DNA of 32,000 nt from NCBI RefSeq assembly GCF_014252415.1, contig NZ_CP059223.1, positions 330,001 to 362,000 of the forward strand. The letters run 5' to 3'. Position 1 is the stretch's first letter. Every line of letters starts with the position of its first letter. Source of the DNA: Candidatus Saccharimonadota bacterium. GTDB taxonomy: Bacteria; Bacteroidota; Bacteroidia; Flavobacteriales; Blattabacteriaceae. Below are positions 9,884 to 18,993 of the stretch, piece by piece. The notes under the pieces were generated by a model. That model saw nothing but the letters and a program-made list of their open reading frames with translations. It had not been told where the DNA came from and did not search any database. A program made the position numbers and the translations under genes.

Positions 9884-9955
9884 GGCACTGTGGCCGAATG
9901 GATAAGGCAGAGGTCTGCAAAACCTTTAAAAGCGGTTCGATTCCGCTCTGTGCCT
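9884..9955 (+). tRNA. tRNA-Cys (anticodon GCA)
   Basis: 72-nt cloverleaf: acceptor GGCACTG/CTGTGCC with one T6:T67 mismatch, 3-bp D stem GCC/GGC, anticodon arm GAGGT-CTGCAAA-ACCTT, T arm AGCGG-TTCGATT-CCGCT. Discriminator T73 is the known CysRS identity element. No CCA is encoded. Confidence 0.88.
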
Positions 9956-9987
9956 CAAATTATGTAACATTTATATTAAATAACTGA

Positions 9988-10770
9988 ATGAACATTCTTA
10001 TTTCACAATCTATTTCTATTAAATCTAATTCTCCATATTTAGATCTTAGTAAAAAAAAAAATGTAAAAATACATTACAAATCTTTTACAAAAATAATAGA
10101 TGTATCATCATCTTATGTAAGAAAACAAAAAATTAATTTTTCTGATTTTAATGCAATTATTTTTTTAAGTAAAAAATCTGTAGATCACTACTTTAGGATC
10201 GCGAATTCTATGAGATTTACAGTTCCTATTACTATGAAATATTTTTGTAAAACAGAATCAATAGCTTTTTATTTGCAAAAATATATTACTTATAGAAAGA
10301 GAAAAATTTATACTGGTATAAAAAATTTTTCAGAATTAATACCATATATAATAAATAATTCTAGTGAAAAATTTCTTTTACCATCATCAGATATATTATC
10401 TTATGTTATTCCAAACATGTTAAAAAAATTAAATATTTTTTGGAGAAGAGCTATTTTATATAAAACTATTTCAAATGATTTATCTGATATAAAAGATATA
10501 TTTTACTATGATATTTTAGTTTTTTTTAGTCCTTCTGGAATTAAGTCTTTATTTGACAATTTTCCAAATTTTAACCAAAAAAAGACTAAAATTGCAACTT
10601 TTGGAAAAAATACTTTAGATGCCGCATATAAAGCTGGATTAAAAATAGAAATACAGGTCCCAAATTCCAGGTTTTTATCTATGGCAATGGCATTAAAAGA
10701 ATATATAAATAAAATAAAAAAAATTAAATATTATTCTACAGTTACAGATTTTGCTAAATTTCTAGGTTGA
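9988..10770 (+). CDS. uroporphyrinogen-III synthase (HemD) family protein, Bacteroidota-type
   Basis: 260 aa. The blocks MKYFCKTESIAFYLQKYITYRKRKIY, LPSSDIL and YDILVFFSPSGIKSLFDNFPNFNQ..KIATFGKNT..AGL match, from memory, the conserved HemD-like protein of Flavobacteriia. The last ~13 codons overlap the glmS 3' end. Confidence 0.68.
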   Translation: MNILISQSISIKSNSPYLDLSKKKNVKIHYKSFTKIIDVSSSYVRKQKINFSDFNAIIFLSKKSVDHYFRIANSMRFTVPITMKYFCKTESIAFYLQKYITYRKRKIYTGIKNFSELIPYIINNSSEKFLLPSSDILSYVIPNMLKKLNIFWRRAILYKTISNDLSDIKDIFYYDILVFFSPSGIKSLFDNFPNFNQKKTKIATFGKNTLDAAYKAGLKIEIQVPNSRFLSMAMALKEYINKIKKIKYYSTVTDFAKFLG

Positions 10771-12590
10771 TCTATATTTTTTCCACGTAAAGAAGCAATT
10801 TGATAAGCTAGTAATTGAAGAGGTATTGCTGTTATTAATGGACTTAATTCTTCTACTGTATTAGGAATTTTTATAACATAGTCAGCTAACATTTGTACTT
10901 GAACATCTTCTTCGTTGATTAATGCTATAATTTTTCCTTTTCTAGCTTTAATTTCCTGAATATTATTTAATATTTTTTTATAACAATTTGATTTAATAAG
11001 AGCAATCACAATAACAGGAATGTTTTCATCAATTAAGGCCATAGGGCCATGTTTCATCTCAGCTGCAGGTAACCCTTCTGCATGAATATAGGATATTTCT
11101 TTTAATTTTAATGCTCCTTCTAATGCTACTGGAAAATTTATACCCCTTCCTAAATAAATAAAATTATTTATATAATATAATTTATTAGATATATTTTTAA
11201 TAGAATTATGATTATTTATAATATGACTTATTTTTTCTGGAATTAAACTAAGTTCTTTGCAAATTTTTTTGTAAAAAAAATTATCAATAGTGGATTTATA
11301 TTTAGCTATTTTTAAAGCTATTAAAGTTAATATAGTAATTTGAGAAGTAAAAGCTTTTGTAGATGCTACTCCTATTTCTGGACCAGCATGAATATAAACT
11401 CCTGCATTTACATTTCTAGCAATAGAAGATCCCACTACATTACAAATACCAAAAACAAATACCCCCCTTTTTTTAGCTAATTTTAAAGCTGATAAAGTAT
11501 CAGCTGTTTCTCCTGATTGAGAAATTACAATAACAATATCTTTCTTACTAAGAATAGGATTTCTATATATAAATTCCGAAGCATATTCAACTTCAACTGG
11601 AATACGTGTATATTTTTCTAATAAATATTCACCAATTAAACCTGCATGCCATGATGTACCGCAAGCCACTATGATAATAGATGTTGCATTAATAAATTTT
11701 TCTTTATTAGACTTAATTCCATTTATATAAATAATTTCATTAGAAATTAATAATCTACCTCGTAGAGTATCTAATATTGTTTTTGGTTGTTCATATATTT
11801 CTTTCAACATAAAATGTTTATATTCTCCTTTTTCAATTTCTTCTAGATTTATTTTTAATTTTTTTATAATTGGATGAAGCTTATGATTATTAATGATTTT
11901 TCTTAGATCTAATTCTTTATTTTTTTTTAAAATTGCCATTTCTCCATCTTTCATATAAATAACATTTTTTGTATAATTTATAAATGGTATTGGATCAGAA
12001 GCTATAAAAAATTCTTCTTTACCAATACCTATAATCAATGGACTACCTAGTTTAGCAATGATAATTGTTTCTGGGTTCGATTTTTCCAAAATAGCAATAG
12101 AATAAGCTCCAATAGTTTCATTTAAAGAAATTCTAACAGCTTCTTCTAATGATAGATTATTTTCATATTTTATGTATTCAATTAAATTTACTAGAACTTC
12201 TGTATCAGTTTTACTGTTGAAAGTAAAACCATTTTTTAATAAAAAAATTTTTATGGAATGATAATTTTCTATAATTCCATTATGAATCATAACAATGTTA
12301 TTTGAATTAGATACATGAGGATGAGCATTAACATCATTTGGTTCTCCATGTGTTGCCCATCTGGTATGTCCTATACCAACGGTACCATTTAATTTGTTTT
12401 TTTTTTTTAAAAAATCAATTTTTTTCTCTAAATCATTTACTTTTCCTTTTGTTTTAAACAAACTATATCCATTCTTATAGAAAATAGAAATACCAGAACT
12501 ATCATAACCACGATATTCTAATTTTTTTAATCCATTAATAAGAATAGGATAAACCTCTCTATACCCTAAGTATCCAATGATTCCACACAT
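10731..12590 (-). CDS. glmS: glutamine--fructose-6-phosphate aminotransferase (isomerizing)
   Basis: 619 aa. Ntn-amidotransferase start MCGIIGY, GHTRWATHG, two SIS domains (SQSGETADT), and canonical C-terminus NLAKSVTVE. Confidence 0.96.
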   Translation of the reverse strand: MCGIIGYLGYREVYPILINGLKKLEYRGYDSSGISIFYKNGYSLFKTKGKVNDLEKKIDFLKKKNKLNGTVGIGHTRWATHGEPNDVNAHPHVSNSNNIVMIHNGIIENYHSIKIFLLKNGFTFNSKTDTEVLVNLIEYIKYENNLSLEEAVRISLNETIGAYSIAILEKSNPETIIIAKLGSPLIIGIGKEEFFIASDPIPFINYTKNVIYMKDGEMAILKKNKELDLRKIINNHKLHPIIKKLKINLEEIEKGEYKHFMLKEIYEQPKTILDTLRGRLLISNEIIYINGIKSNKEKFINATSIIIVACGTSWHAGLIGEYLLEKYTRIPVEVEYASEFIYRNPILSKKDIVIVISQSGETADTLSALKLAKKRGVFVFGICNVVGSSIARNVNAGVYIHAGPEIGVASTKAFTSQITILTLIALKIAKYKSTIDNFFYKKICKELSLIPEKISHIINNHNSIKNISNKLYYINNFIYLGRGINFPVALEGALKLKEISYIHAEGLPAAEMKHGPMALIDENIPVIVIALIKSNCYKKILNNIQEIKARKGKIIALINEEDVQVQMLADYVIKIPNTVEELSPLITAIPLQLLAYQIASLRGKNIDQPRNLAKSVTVE

Positions 12591-12623
12591 TATTCTAGTT
12601 AAAATTAAAAATATTTTTTAATT

Positions 12624-13430
12624 TTATTCATTGATTTTTTTATAAAATTGTTGATAAATCGTTTCAATTTTATCTAATTTAGAATATTTTAATACTAATA
12701 ATTTATTTTTATCTATAAAATCTTTTATTTCATCATGAAACGAAACATCTCCTTTTATTATTGCATCAGAAAAATATATACATAATTTTGTAAGATTAAT
12801 ATAATCTGGATTTTTTAAAAAATTTAATTTTTCGGATTCAATTCCATCGAATTTTATTTTATTTATTATGTCTTTATTAAGAATACCATTAAATGGTTTA
12901 TTATAAATAGATGAAATTACTTTTGTATTTTTATATATAAGATCATTGTTAAAATATTTTTTTAAATATAAAGGAATAAAAAAACTAATCCATCCGTATA
13001 AATGGATAATATCCGGTTTCCAATTTAATTTTCTTACAGTTTCTAGTACTCCCTTTGCAAAAAAAAGCGCTCTTTCATCATTATCTTTAAAAAAGACACC
13101 ATTTTCATCTTCATCAATAGCTTTTCTTTTAAAGTATTCTTCATTATCTATAAAATAAACTTGCAGTCTAACATCAGGAATAGAAGCAACTTTTATTAAA
13201 AGAGGTTGATATACATCATTAATTATTAAATTCATACCAGACAAACGAATTACTTCATGTAATTGATGTCTTCTTTCATTGATTATTCCAAATCTAGGCA
13301 TAAATATTCGTACATCATTTCCTACAGATTGCATAAATTTAATAGTTTTTAATACTGATAAGGAAATTGAATTTTTTGAAGAAAAAGGAAACAAATATGA
13401 AGAAACATATAATATGCGTTTACCTGTCAT
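12624..13430 (-). CDS. glycogen/starch synthase-like protein, N-terminal GT5 domain only
   Basis: 268 aa. The N-terminus KRILYVSSYLFPFS resembles the GlgA start, but the KTGGL motif is replaced by SKNSISL and there is no second Rossmann (nucleotide-sugar) domain. Co-oriented 33 bp upstream of glmS. Confidence 0.62.
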   Translation of the reverse strand: MTGKRILYVSSYLFPFSSKNSISLSVLKTIKFMQSVGNDVRIFMPRFGIINERRHQLHEVIRLSGMNLIINDVYQPLLIKVASIPDVRLQVYFIDNEEYFKRKAIDEDENGVFFKDNDERALFFAKGVLETVRKLNWKPDIIHLYGWISFFIPLYLKKYFNNDLIYKNTKVISSIYNKPFNGILNKDIINKIKFDGIESEKLNFLKNPDYINLTKLCIYFSDAIIKGDVSFHDEIKDFIDKNKLLVLKYSKLDKIETIYQQFYKKINE

Positions 13431-13577
13431 CTTTTTAAGGATTTTATTTTTTTTTGAAATATATAAAACAAAGGATAACTACAAATATAAAAAATAATCT
13501 CCAATTGATGAGGATATAAATAAAATTTAATTAAAAAAAACTATCTAAAATATTTTTATAATAAAATTTTTTTTGTC

Positions 13578-15578
13578 ATGAAATTAAAAAATAAAAAAAA
13601 TAAAATTCGTTTAAAAATAAATCGAAAAAATTATAATTATAACAATGGTGTGATTAACATAACTAATCAAGGTTATGCTTTTGTAAAAATAGAAAAAAAT
13701 AATAAAACCATTTTTATTCCTAAAAACAAAGTTAATAGATCTTTAGAAGGAGATATAGTAAAAATAAGGTTTAAAAAAAATATTAATAAAGTAAAAATAA
13801 AAGGGGAAGTAATAAAAATATTAAAAAGAAAAACAAAAAAATTTATTGGTATTTTAAAAATAAATTCTAACAATAATTTTTCCAATTATATTGATCCGTC
13901 TAATCGTGTCAAATCTTATAAAAATTTTATTGTCTGTAATAAAATTATTATTAATATACCTAGTATAAAATCAAATAAATATAAACATAATGACAAAGTT
14001 TTGGTAAAAATAATTTCTTGGCCCCAAAATGTTCAATTTCCTATAGGAAAAATTTTAAAAGTATTTGGGAAAATTGGTGAATACAAAACTGAACTCTATT
14101 CTTTACTAAATGAATATAAAATTTCTTATAAATTTTCTAAAAAAATAAAAGATGAAGCAAAGAAAATATTTTCAAAAGGAATTTTTAATTCTAAATCTAT
14201 ATTAGAATATAGAAAAGATATGAGAAATATTAATACATTTACTATAGATCCAAAAAATGCAAAAGATTTTGATGATGCAATTTCTATTAGAGAAATTCGT
14301 GATAAAATTTGGGAAATAGGTGTCCATATATCTGATGTCACTCATTTTATTAAAGAAGATAGTGAATTAGATAGAGAAGCTTATATAAGAAATACATCAA
14401 TATATTTATCAGAGAAGGTAATACCTATGTTACCTAATTTATTATCTAATGAACTTTGTTCTTTAAAACCTAAAAAAGATAAATTAGGTTTTTCTGTAAT
14501 ATTTAATATGAATGAAAAAGGAGAAGTATTAAAAAGTTGGATTGGAAAAACAATTATAAGATCTAATAAAAAATTTTCATATGATGAAGTACAAAGAATA
14601 ATAAATGAAAAAAAAGGATCTTTTTATAAAGAAATTAATACTTTATTTTTTTTATCTAAAATTTTAATTAAAAATAGATTGAATAATGGATCTATTTTTT
14701 TAGATAGAATTGAAGTGAAATTTCAATTAGATCATAAAAAAAATCCAATATCTATAATTTTAGAAAAAAATAATGAAGCTCATTCTATAATAGAAGAGTT
14801 CATGTTATTAACTAATAAAAAAATATCAGAATTTGTTAGTTTAAAATCAAATGGAATAATAAAAAAACCTTATATATACAGAATTCATGATAAGCCAGAT
14901 TATGAAAAAATATTTTTTTTAAAAAAAATTATACAACCTCTAGGTTATTTTTTAGATTTAAAAAATATTAAAAATTCTATTAATTATTTATTAAAAAAAA
15001 TAAAAGGTAAACCTGAACAAAATATGATTGAAAATTTGATTTTACGATCTATGAACAAAGCTAAATATTCAACAAAAAATATTGGACATTATGGATTATC
15101 TTTTATTCATTATACTCATTTTACTTCTCCAATTAGAAGATATTCTGATATGATAGCACATCGATTACTAAATTATTATTTAGTAAATAATTATAAAAAA
15201 ATAAAATCTATAGATTTTTACGAAAAACAATCACAATATTGTAGTTATAAAGAACGTATAGTTATAGATGTTGAAAGAGATTTTCTAAAATATATACAAA
15301 TAAAATTCTTAACAAATTTTTTAGGACAAGAATTTGATGGAATTATAACTGGATTTACAGAGTGGGGAGTTTATATTGATTTAATATCATTTCAAACAGA
15401 AGGTTTAATAAAATTTCGTGATATTGAAGAAGATAACTATACTTTAGATTCCAATGGATATAGTATTATTGGAAAAAATAATAAAAAATCTTATTTATTA
15501 GGTGATAAAGTTAAAGTTAAATTAATAAATATAGATATAGAAAAAAAAAGAATTATTTTAAATTGGATTAAAAAATAA
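13578..15578 (+). CDS. rnr: ribonuclease R (3'-5' exoribonuclease)
   Basis: 666 aa. RNB-domain blocks DPKNAKDFDDAISI, HISDVTHF and FTSPIRRYSDMIAHR, plus a C-terminal S1 domain GIITGFTEWGVYIDL...GDKVKVKLINID. Confidence 0.92.
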   Translation: MKLKNKKNKIRLKINRKNYNYNNGVINITNQGYAFVKIEKNNKTIFIPKNKVNRSLEGDIVKIRFKKNINKVKIKGEVIKILKRKTKKFIGILKINSNNNFSNYIDPSNRVKSYKNFIVCNKIIINIPSIKSNKYKHNDKVLVKIISWPQNVQFPIGKILKVFGKIGEYKTELYSLLNEYKISYKFSKKIKDEAKKIFSKGIFNSKSILEYRKDMRNINTFTIDPKNAKDFDDAISIREIRDKIWEIGVHISDVTHFIKEDSELDREAYIRNTSIYLSEKVIPMLPNLLSNELCSLKPKKDKLGFSVIFNMNEKGEVLKSWIGKTIIRSNKKFSYDEVQRIINEKKGSFYKEINTLFFLSKILIKNRLNNGSIFLDRIEVKFQLDHKKNPISIILEKNNEAHSIIEEFMLLTNKKISEFVSLKSNGIIKKPYIYRIHDKPDYEKIFFLKKIIQPLGYFLDLKNIKNSINYLLKKIKGKPEQNMIENLILRSMNKAKYSTKNIGHYGLSFIHYTHFTSPIRRYSDMIAHRLLNYYLVNNYKKIKSIDFYEKQSQYCSYKERIVIDVERDFLKYIQIKFLTNFLGQEFDGIITGFTEWGVYIDLISFQTEGLIKFRDIEEDNYTLDSNGYSIIGKNNKKSYLLGDKVKVKLINIDIEKKRIILNWIKK

Positions 15579-15589
15579 TAAAATATTTT

Positions 15590-16078
15590 TTAGTCTATCC
15601 TTACAGATGGAGGAACAAATAAAGTATAATCACCCCCATTTTTTATAATACTTCTTACAAAAAAAGAACTAATATGTGATTTTTCATAAGAAGATAATAA
15701 AAAAATTGTTTCAATATCATATTGTTTTTCCAAAATTTTATTTATAAAAAACATATTTTTTTCGAATTCGAAATCAATTTGATTTCGAATTCCCCTCAAT
15801 AAAAATTTTATTTTTCTTTTTTTACAAAAAGATATAGTTAATCCTTTAAAGGAATCTATTTCTATTTTAGAAAAAATTTTCTTTTCCGAAAAAGAATCAC
15901 GTATCCATTTTTTTCTTTTTTTTACAGAAAACATATTTTTTTTACTTGAATTATTTCCAATAGCTATAATTACTTTATCAAATAAATTTAAAGACCTAAT
16001 TACAATATCACAATGTCCTAAAGTTATTGGATCAAAAGTTCCTGGAAATACAGCTATCTTTTTTGTTAATATTTTCAT
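15590..16078 (-). CDS. coaD: phosphopantetheine adenylyltransferase
   Basis: 162 aa with nucleotidyltransferase motif IAVFPGTFDPITLGHCDI and a later RGIRN block. Confidence 0.92.
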   Translation of the reverse strand: MKILTKKIAVFPGTFDPITLGHCDIVIRSLNLFDKVIIAIGNNSSKKNMFSVKKRKKWIRDSFSEKKIFSKIEIDSFKGLTISFCKKRKIKFLLRGIRNQIDFEFEKNMFFINKILEKQYDIETIFLLSSYEKSHISSFFVRSIIKNGGDYTLFVPPSVRID

Positions 16079-16551
16079 TATTTCGTAATATATTGTATCA
16101 AATTTAAACTGAAAAAATTAGTAAGCGTAATAAAATTTTTAAAAAAAAAATAAATTTTAAATATCTTAATAAAAAATTAGTTAACTAATAACATTTAAAA
16201 TACGAATATAAATGATGTACAAAATTAGATAGGAATTTGGTAAGATTATGCAATTCTCTATTGATCAATATACTTAATAAAATATATAATCAGATCATAA
16301 CTAAATTTATATAAATATTGATAATTTAATTGGATTTATATTATTATTTAATAGATAAAAAAATTTTTACTAATTTTGATTTAAATTTTTTATGTAAAAA
16401 TTTATAAATAAAGGTATTCCTATAAAAATTGATGTAAAAAAACAAATGTAGTTTTCTTATATAAAAAATCATGTTTTTATGGTATAAAAATTAAATAAAT
16501 TTAAAAAAAATGATAATAACCAAGAATCAATTTGTTTGTAAAAACTATCTA

Positions 16552-16579
16552 ATCAATCATAATACATAATATGATTGAT
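16552..16579. repeat. short inverted repeat (9-10 bp arms, 8-10 nt loop) about 55 bp upstream of the PBP1A start
   Basis: ATCAATCAT (16552-16560) and ATGATTGAT (16571-16579) are exact reverse complements. The stem is A/T-rich, so chance occurrence is plausible. Confidence 0.35.
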
Positions 16580-16634
16580 CTATAAATATAAATTTTATCA
16601 CGTGTAATAATATAAATAATTAATTTTTACATAC

Positions 16635-18965
16635 GTGAATAAAAAAAATTCAAAACAAAATTATTATTTTCGTTTATTCATTATTTATTTTTGGATTTTA
16701 TTTTTTCTAATTATAAGTAGTATATTTTTAATTATTTTTTCTGCATCTAAAGGATATTTAGGAGACCTACCAAGTTCTGAAGAAATAGATAATCCAAATA
16801 TAGAAATTGGATCAAAAATATATGATTCTAATGGAAAATTTTTAGGTAAATTTTGTTCTGATAATAGAACTTTAATAAGTTATAGAGAATTACCTAAAAA
16901 CTTAATTAACGCTTTATTGGCAAAAGAAGATATACGTTTTAGAGAACATTCTGGAATTGATGGAAAATCTATTCTTAGAGCAATTCTTTCTTTTGGAAAA
17001 AAAGGAGGGGGTAGTACTATATCCCAGCAATTAGCTAAACTTCTTTTTACTGGAACATCCGCAAAAAATAAAATTGAAAGAATTCATCAAAAAATTTTAG
17101 AATGGATAATGGCTATTGAATTAGAAAAACGTTATACTAAAGAAGAACTTATTACAATGTATTGTAATAAATTCGATTTTTTATATAATGCAAAAGGAAT
17201 TAGTACAGCTGCTCTTACATATTTTGATAAAAAAATTTCAGAACTCAATTTAGGAGAATGTGCAATATTAATAGGTATGCTAGAAAATCCATCTTTATAT
17301 AATCCAAAGAGTTATCCTGATAGAGCAAAAAAACAAAGAAATCTAGTATTACATCAAATGAAAAAATATAAATTCTTAAATAAAAATCAATATAATTCTG
17401 AATCAAAAAAACCTATTAAAATTAAATTTAATATGCGAAAAAATGATTCAGAATTATTCACCTATTATAAAGAATTTTTAAAAAAAGAAGTTCAAGATTT
17501 ATTAGATGAATATAAAGAAAAAACAGGAATAAAATTAAATATTTCTGATGGACTTAAAATATATATATCTATCAATTCTAAAATGCAGGATTTTGCAGAA
17601 AAATCTGTAAAAAAACATTTAAAAAAATTACAATTATTATTTGATTCTATGCAGAAAAATAATATAAACGCTCCATTTTCAAATATTTCTATAAAAAAAA
17701 CACAAAGAATATTAATTTCTGCAATGAAACAAACTAATTTTTATAAAGAATTAAAACAAAAAGGATTTTCAGAAAAAAAAATTTTTCAAAAATTTCAAGA
17801 AATAAAACCAATTGAACTATTCACTTGGAATGGAACAAAAAAAGTAAAAATTTCCCCATGGGATTTTCTTCGTTATAAAAAAAGTATTATACAGGCAGGA
17901 CTTATTTCAGTTGAATCATCTACAGGATATATTAAAGCATGGGTAGGCGGTGTCGATTTTAATCATTTTCAATATGATCATGTTGCTCAAACTCAAAGAC
18001 AAGTTGGATCGATATTTAAACCCATTTTATATGCAGCGGCGATTAGTAAATTTCATTATACTCCTTGTACAAAAATTTCTAACGAAAAATTTCAATTAGG
18101 GGATTGGTACCCAAGAAATTATAATGGTAAATATGGAGGATTTATAACATTAAAAGATGGATTAGCTTATTCCATAAATACTGTATCTGCTCGTTTAATA
18201 TCACAAATCACTCCAAAACCAGTAATTGATTTAGCAAAAAAAATGGGGGTAACATCTTTTATCCCAGAACATCCATCAATTTCATTAGGATCTGCAGATA
18301 TAACTTTATATGAAATGACTGGAGTCTTCAATACATTTGCTAATTATGGAAATTACGTAAAACCTACTATTTTATTAAAAGTAAAAGATAAAAATGGAAA
18401 TATTATTAATAAAGATTTTTTTCAAAGAAGAGTATTAAATGAGGAAATATCCTATATAATGTTAGATTTAATGCAAGGAGTAGTAAAATATGGAACTGCA
18501 AAAAGAATAAGACAAAAATATAATATTGAAGGAAATATTGCAGGAAAAACTGGAACAACAAACGATAATTCCGATGGATGGTTCATTGGAATAATTCCTA
18601 ATTTAACAACTGGAATTTGGGTAGGATGGGAAAATAGATTTTCTCATTTTGATAATATAAAATTAGGACAAGGAGCAACTATGGCATTACCAATATGGGC
18701 ATATTATACAAAATATTTATATAATGATGTTAATCTTATTTATGATTATAGAATTATTTTTAAAAAATCTAAAAATTATCAATTTAATTGGAAAAAATGT
18801 GAAATTAATAGTGATGAGGACAATTATAAATTTTTAGAACAAGAAGAATTTAATACAAAAAAATATGAAAATAAAAAAGAAATTATAGAAAATGTAGAAT
18901 CTTCAGAAAATAAAAAAAAAAATATTGAATTAAATGAAAAAATAAACCGTTATGATGAAGAATAA
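16635..18965 (+). CDS. mrcA: penicillin-binding protein 1A (bifunctional transglycosylase/transpeptidase)
   Basis: 776 aa. N-terminal TM helix; GT51 motifs EDIRFREHSGID and GGSTISQQLAK; transpeptidase motifs SIFKP (SxxK), YSIN (SxN) and KTGTT. GTG initiator: there is no in-frame ATG before the TM segment. Acidic/Lys-rich C-terminal tail. Confidence 0.92.
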   Translation: MNKKNSKQNYYFRLFIIYFWILFFLIISSIFLIIFSASKGYLGDLPSSEEIDNPNIEIGSKIYDSNGKFLGKFCSDNRTLISYRELPKNLINALLAKEDIRFREHSGIDGKSILRAILSFGKKGGGSTISQQLAKLLFTGTSAKNKIERIHQKILEWIMAIELEKRYTKEELITMYCNKFDFLYNAKGISTAALTYFDKKISELNLGECAILIGMLENPSLYNPKSYPDRAKKQRNLVLHQMKKYKFLNKNQYNSESKKPIKIKFNMRKNDSELFTYYKEFLKKEVQDLLDEYKEKTGIKLNISDGLKIYISINSKMQDFAEKSVKKHLKKLQLLFDSMQKNNINAPFSNISIKKTQRILISAMKQTNFYKELKQKGFSEKKIFQKFQEIKPIELFTWNGTKKVKISPWDFLRYKKSIIQAGLISVESSTGYIKAWVGGVDFNHFQYDHVAQTQRQVGSIFKPILYAAAISKFHYTPCTKISNEKFQLGDWYPRNYNGKYGGFITLKDGLAYSINTVSARLISQITPKPVIDLAKKMGVTSFIPEHPSISLGSADITLYEMTGVFNTFANYGNYVKPTILLKVKDKNGNIINKDFFQRRVLNEEISYIMLDLMQGVVKYGTAKRIRQKYNIEGNIAGKTGTTNDNSDGWFIGIIPNLTTGIWVGWENRFSHFDNIKLGQGATMALPIWAYYTKYLYNDVNLIYDYRIIFKKSKNYQFNWKKCEINSDEDNYKFLEQEEFNTKKYENKKEIIENVESSENKKKNIELNEKINRYDEE

Positions 18966-18993
18966 AAAAATAATAAATTGTGGATAATTAAGA

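Noticed and set aside
16344-16472. A 42-codon minus-strand ORF (MIFYIRKLHLFFYINFYRNTFIYKFLHKKFKSKLVKIFLSIK) inside the spacer, considered as a missed small ribosomal protein.
   Set aside because: It has no resemblance to L34, L36, L33, L32 or L35. Its composition is what A+T-rich DNA gives in any frame, and ORFs of this length are expected by chance at this stop density.
16527-16534. A Bacteroidota-type -7 promoter element (consensus TAnnTTTG) upstream of mrcA; similar inspection was done upstream of pgk, icd, rnr and rsmI.
   Set aside because: The best candidate is TCAATTTG, an imperfect match with no TTG -33 partner at the right spacing. In this composition such near-matches are everywhere. 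I do not call promoters from sequence alone.
16079-16634. Possibility that the long spacer encodes tmRNA, RNase P RNA, SRP RNA or another tRNA.
   Set aside because: I see no GC-rich helices, no T-arm-like GGTTCGAATCC, no GAGGAAAGTCC-type RNase P core, and no tRNA-like acceptor/T-arm end. The region is uniformly A+T-rich. A weakly structured ncRNA cannot be excluded without a covariance-model scan.
18979-18987. A perfect DnaA-box 9-mer (TGTGGATAA, which is TTATCCACA on the other strand) in the 28-bp convergent gap between mrcA and cysJ.
   Set aside because: It is a single box with no cluster, no adjacent unwinding element distinct from background, and a location between two gene ends. A back-of-envelope estimate with roughly 40/40/10/10 base composition gives a few tenths of an expected chance hit per 32 kb on both strands. 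This is not evidence for oriC.
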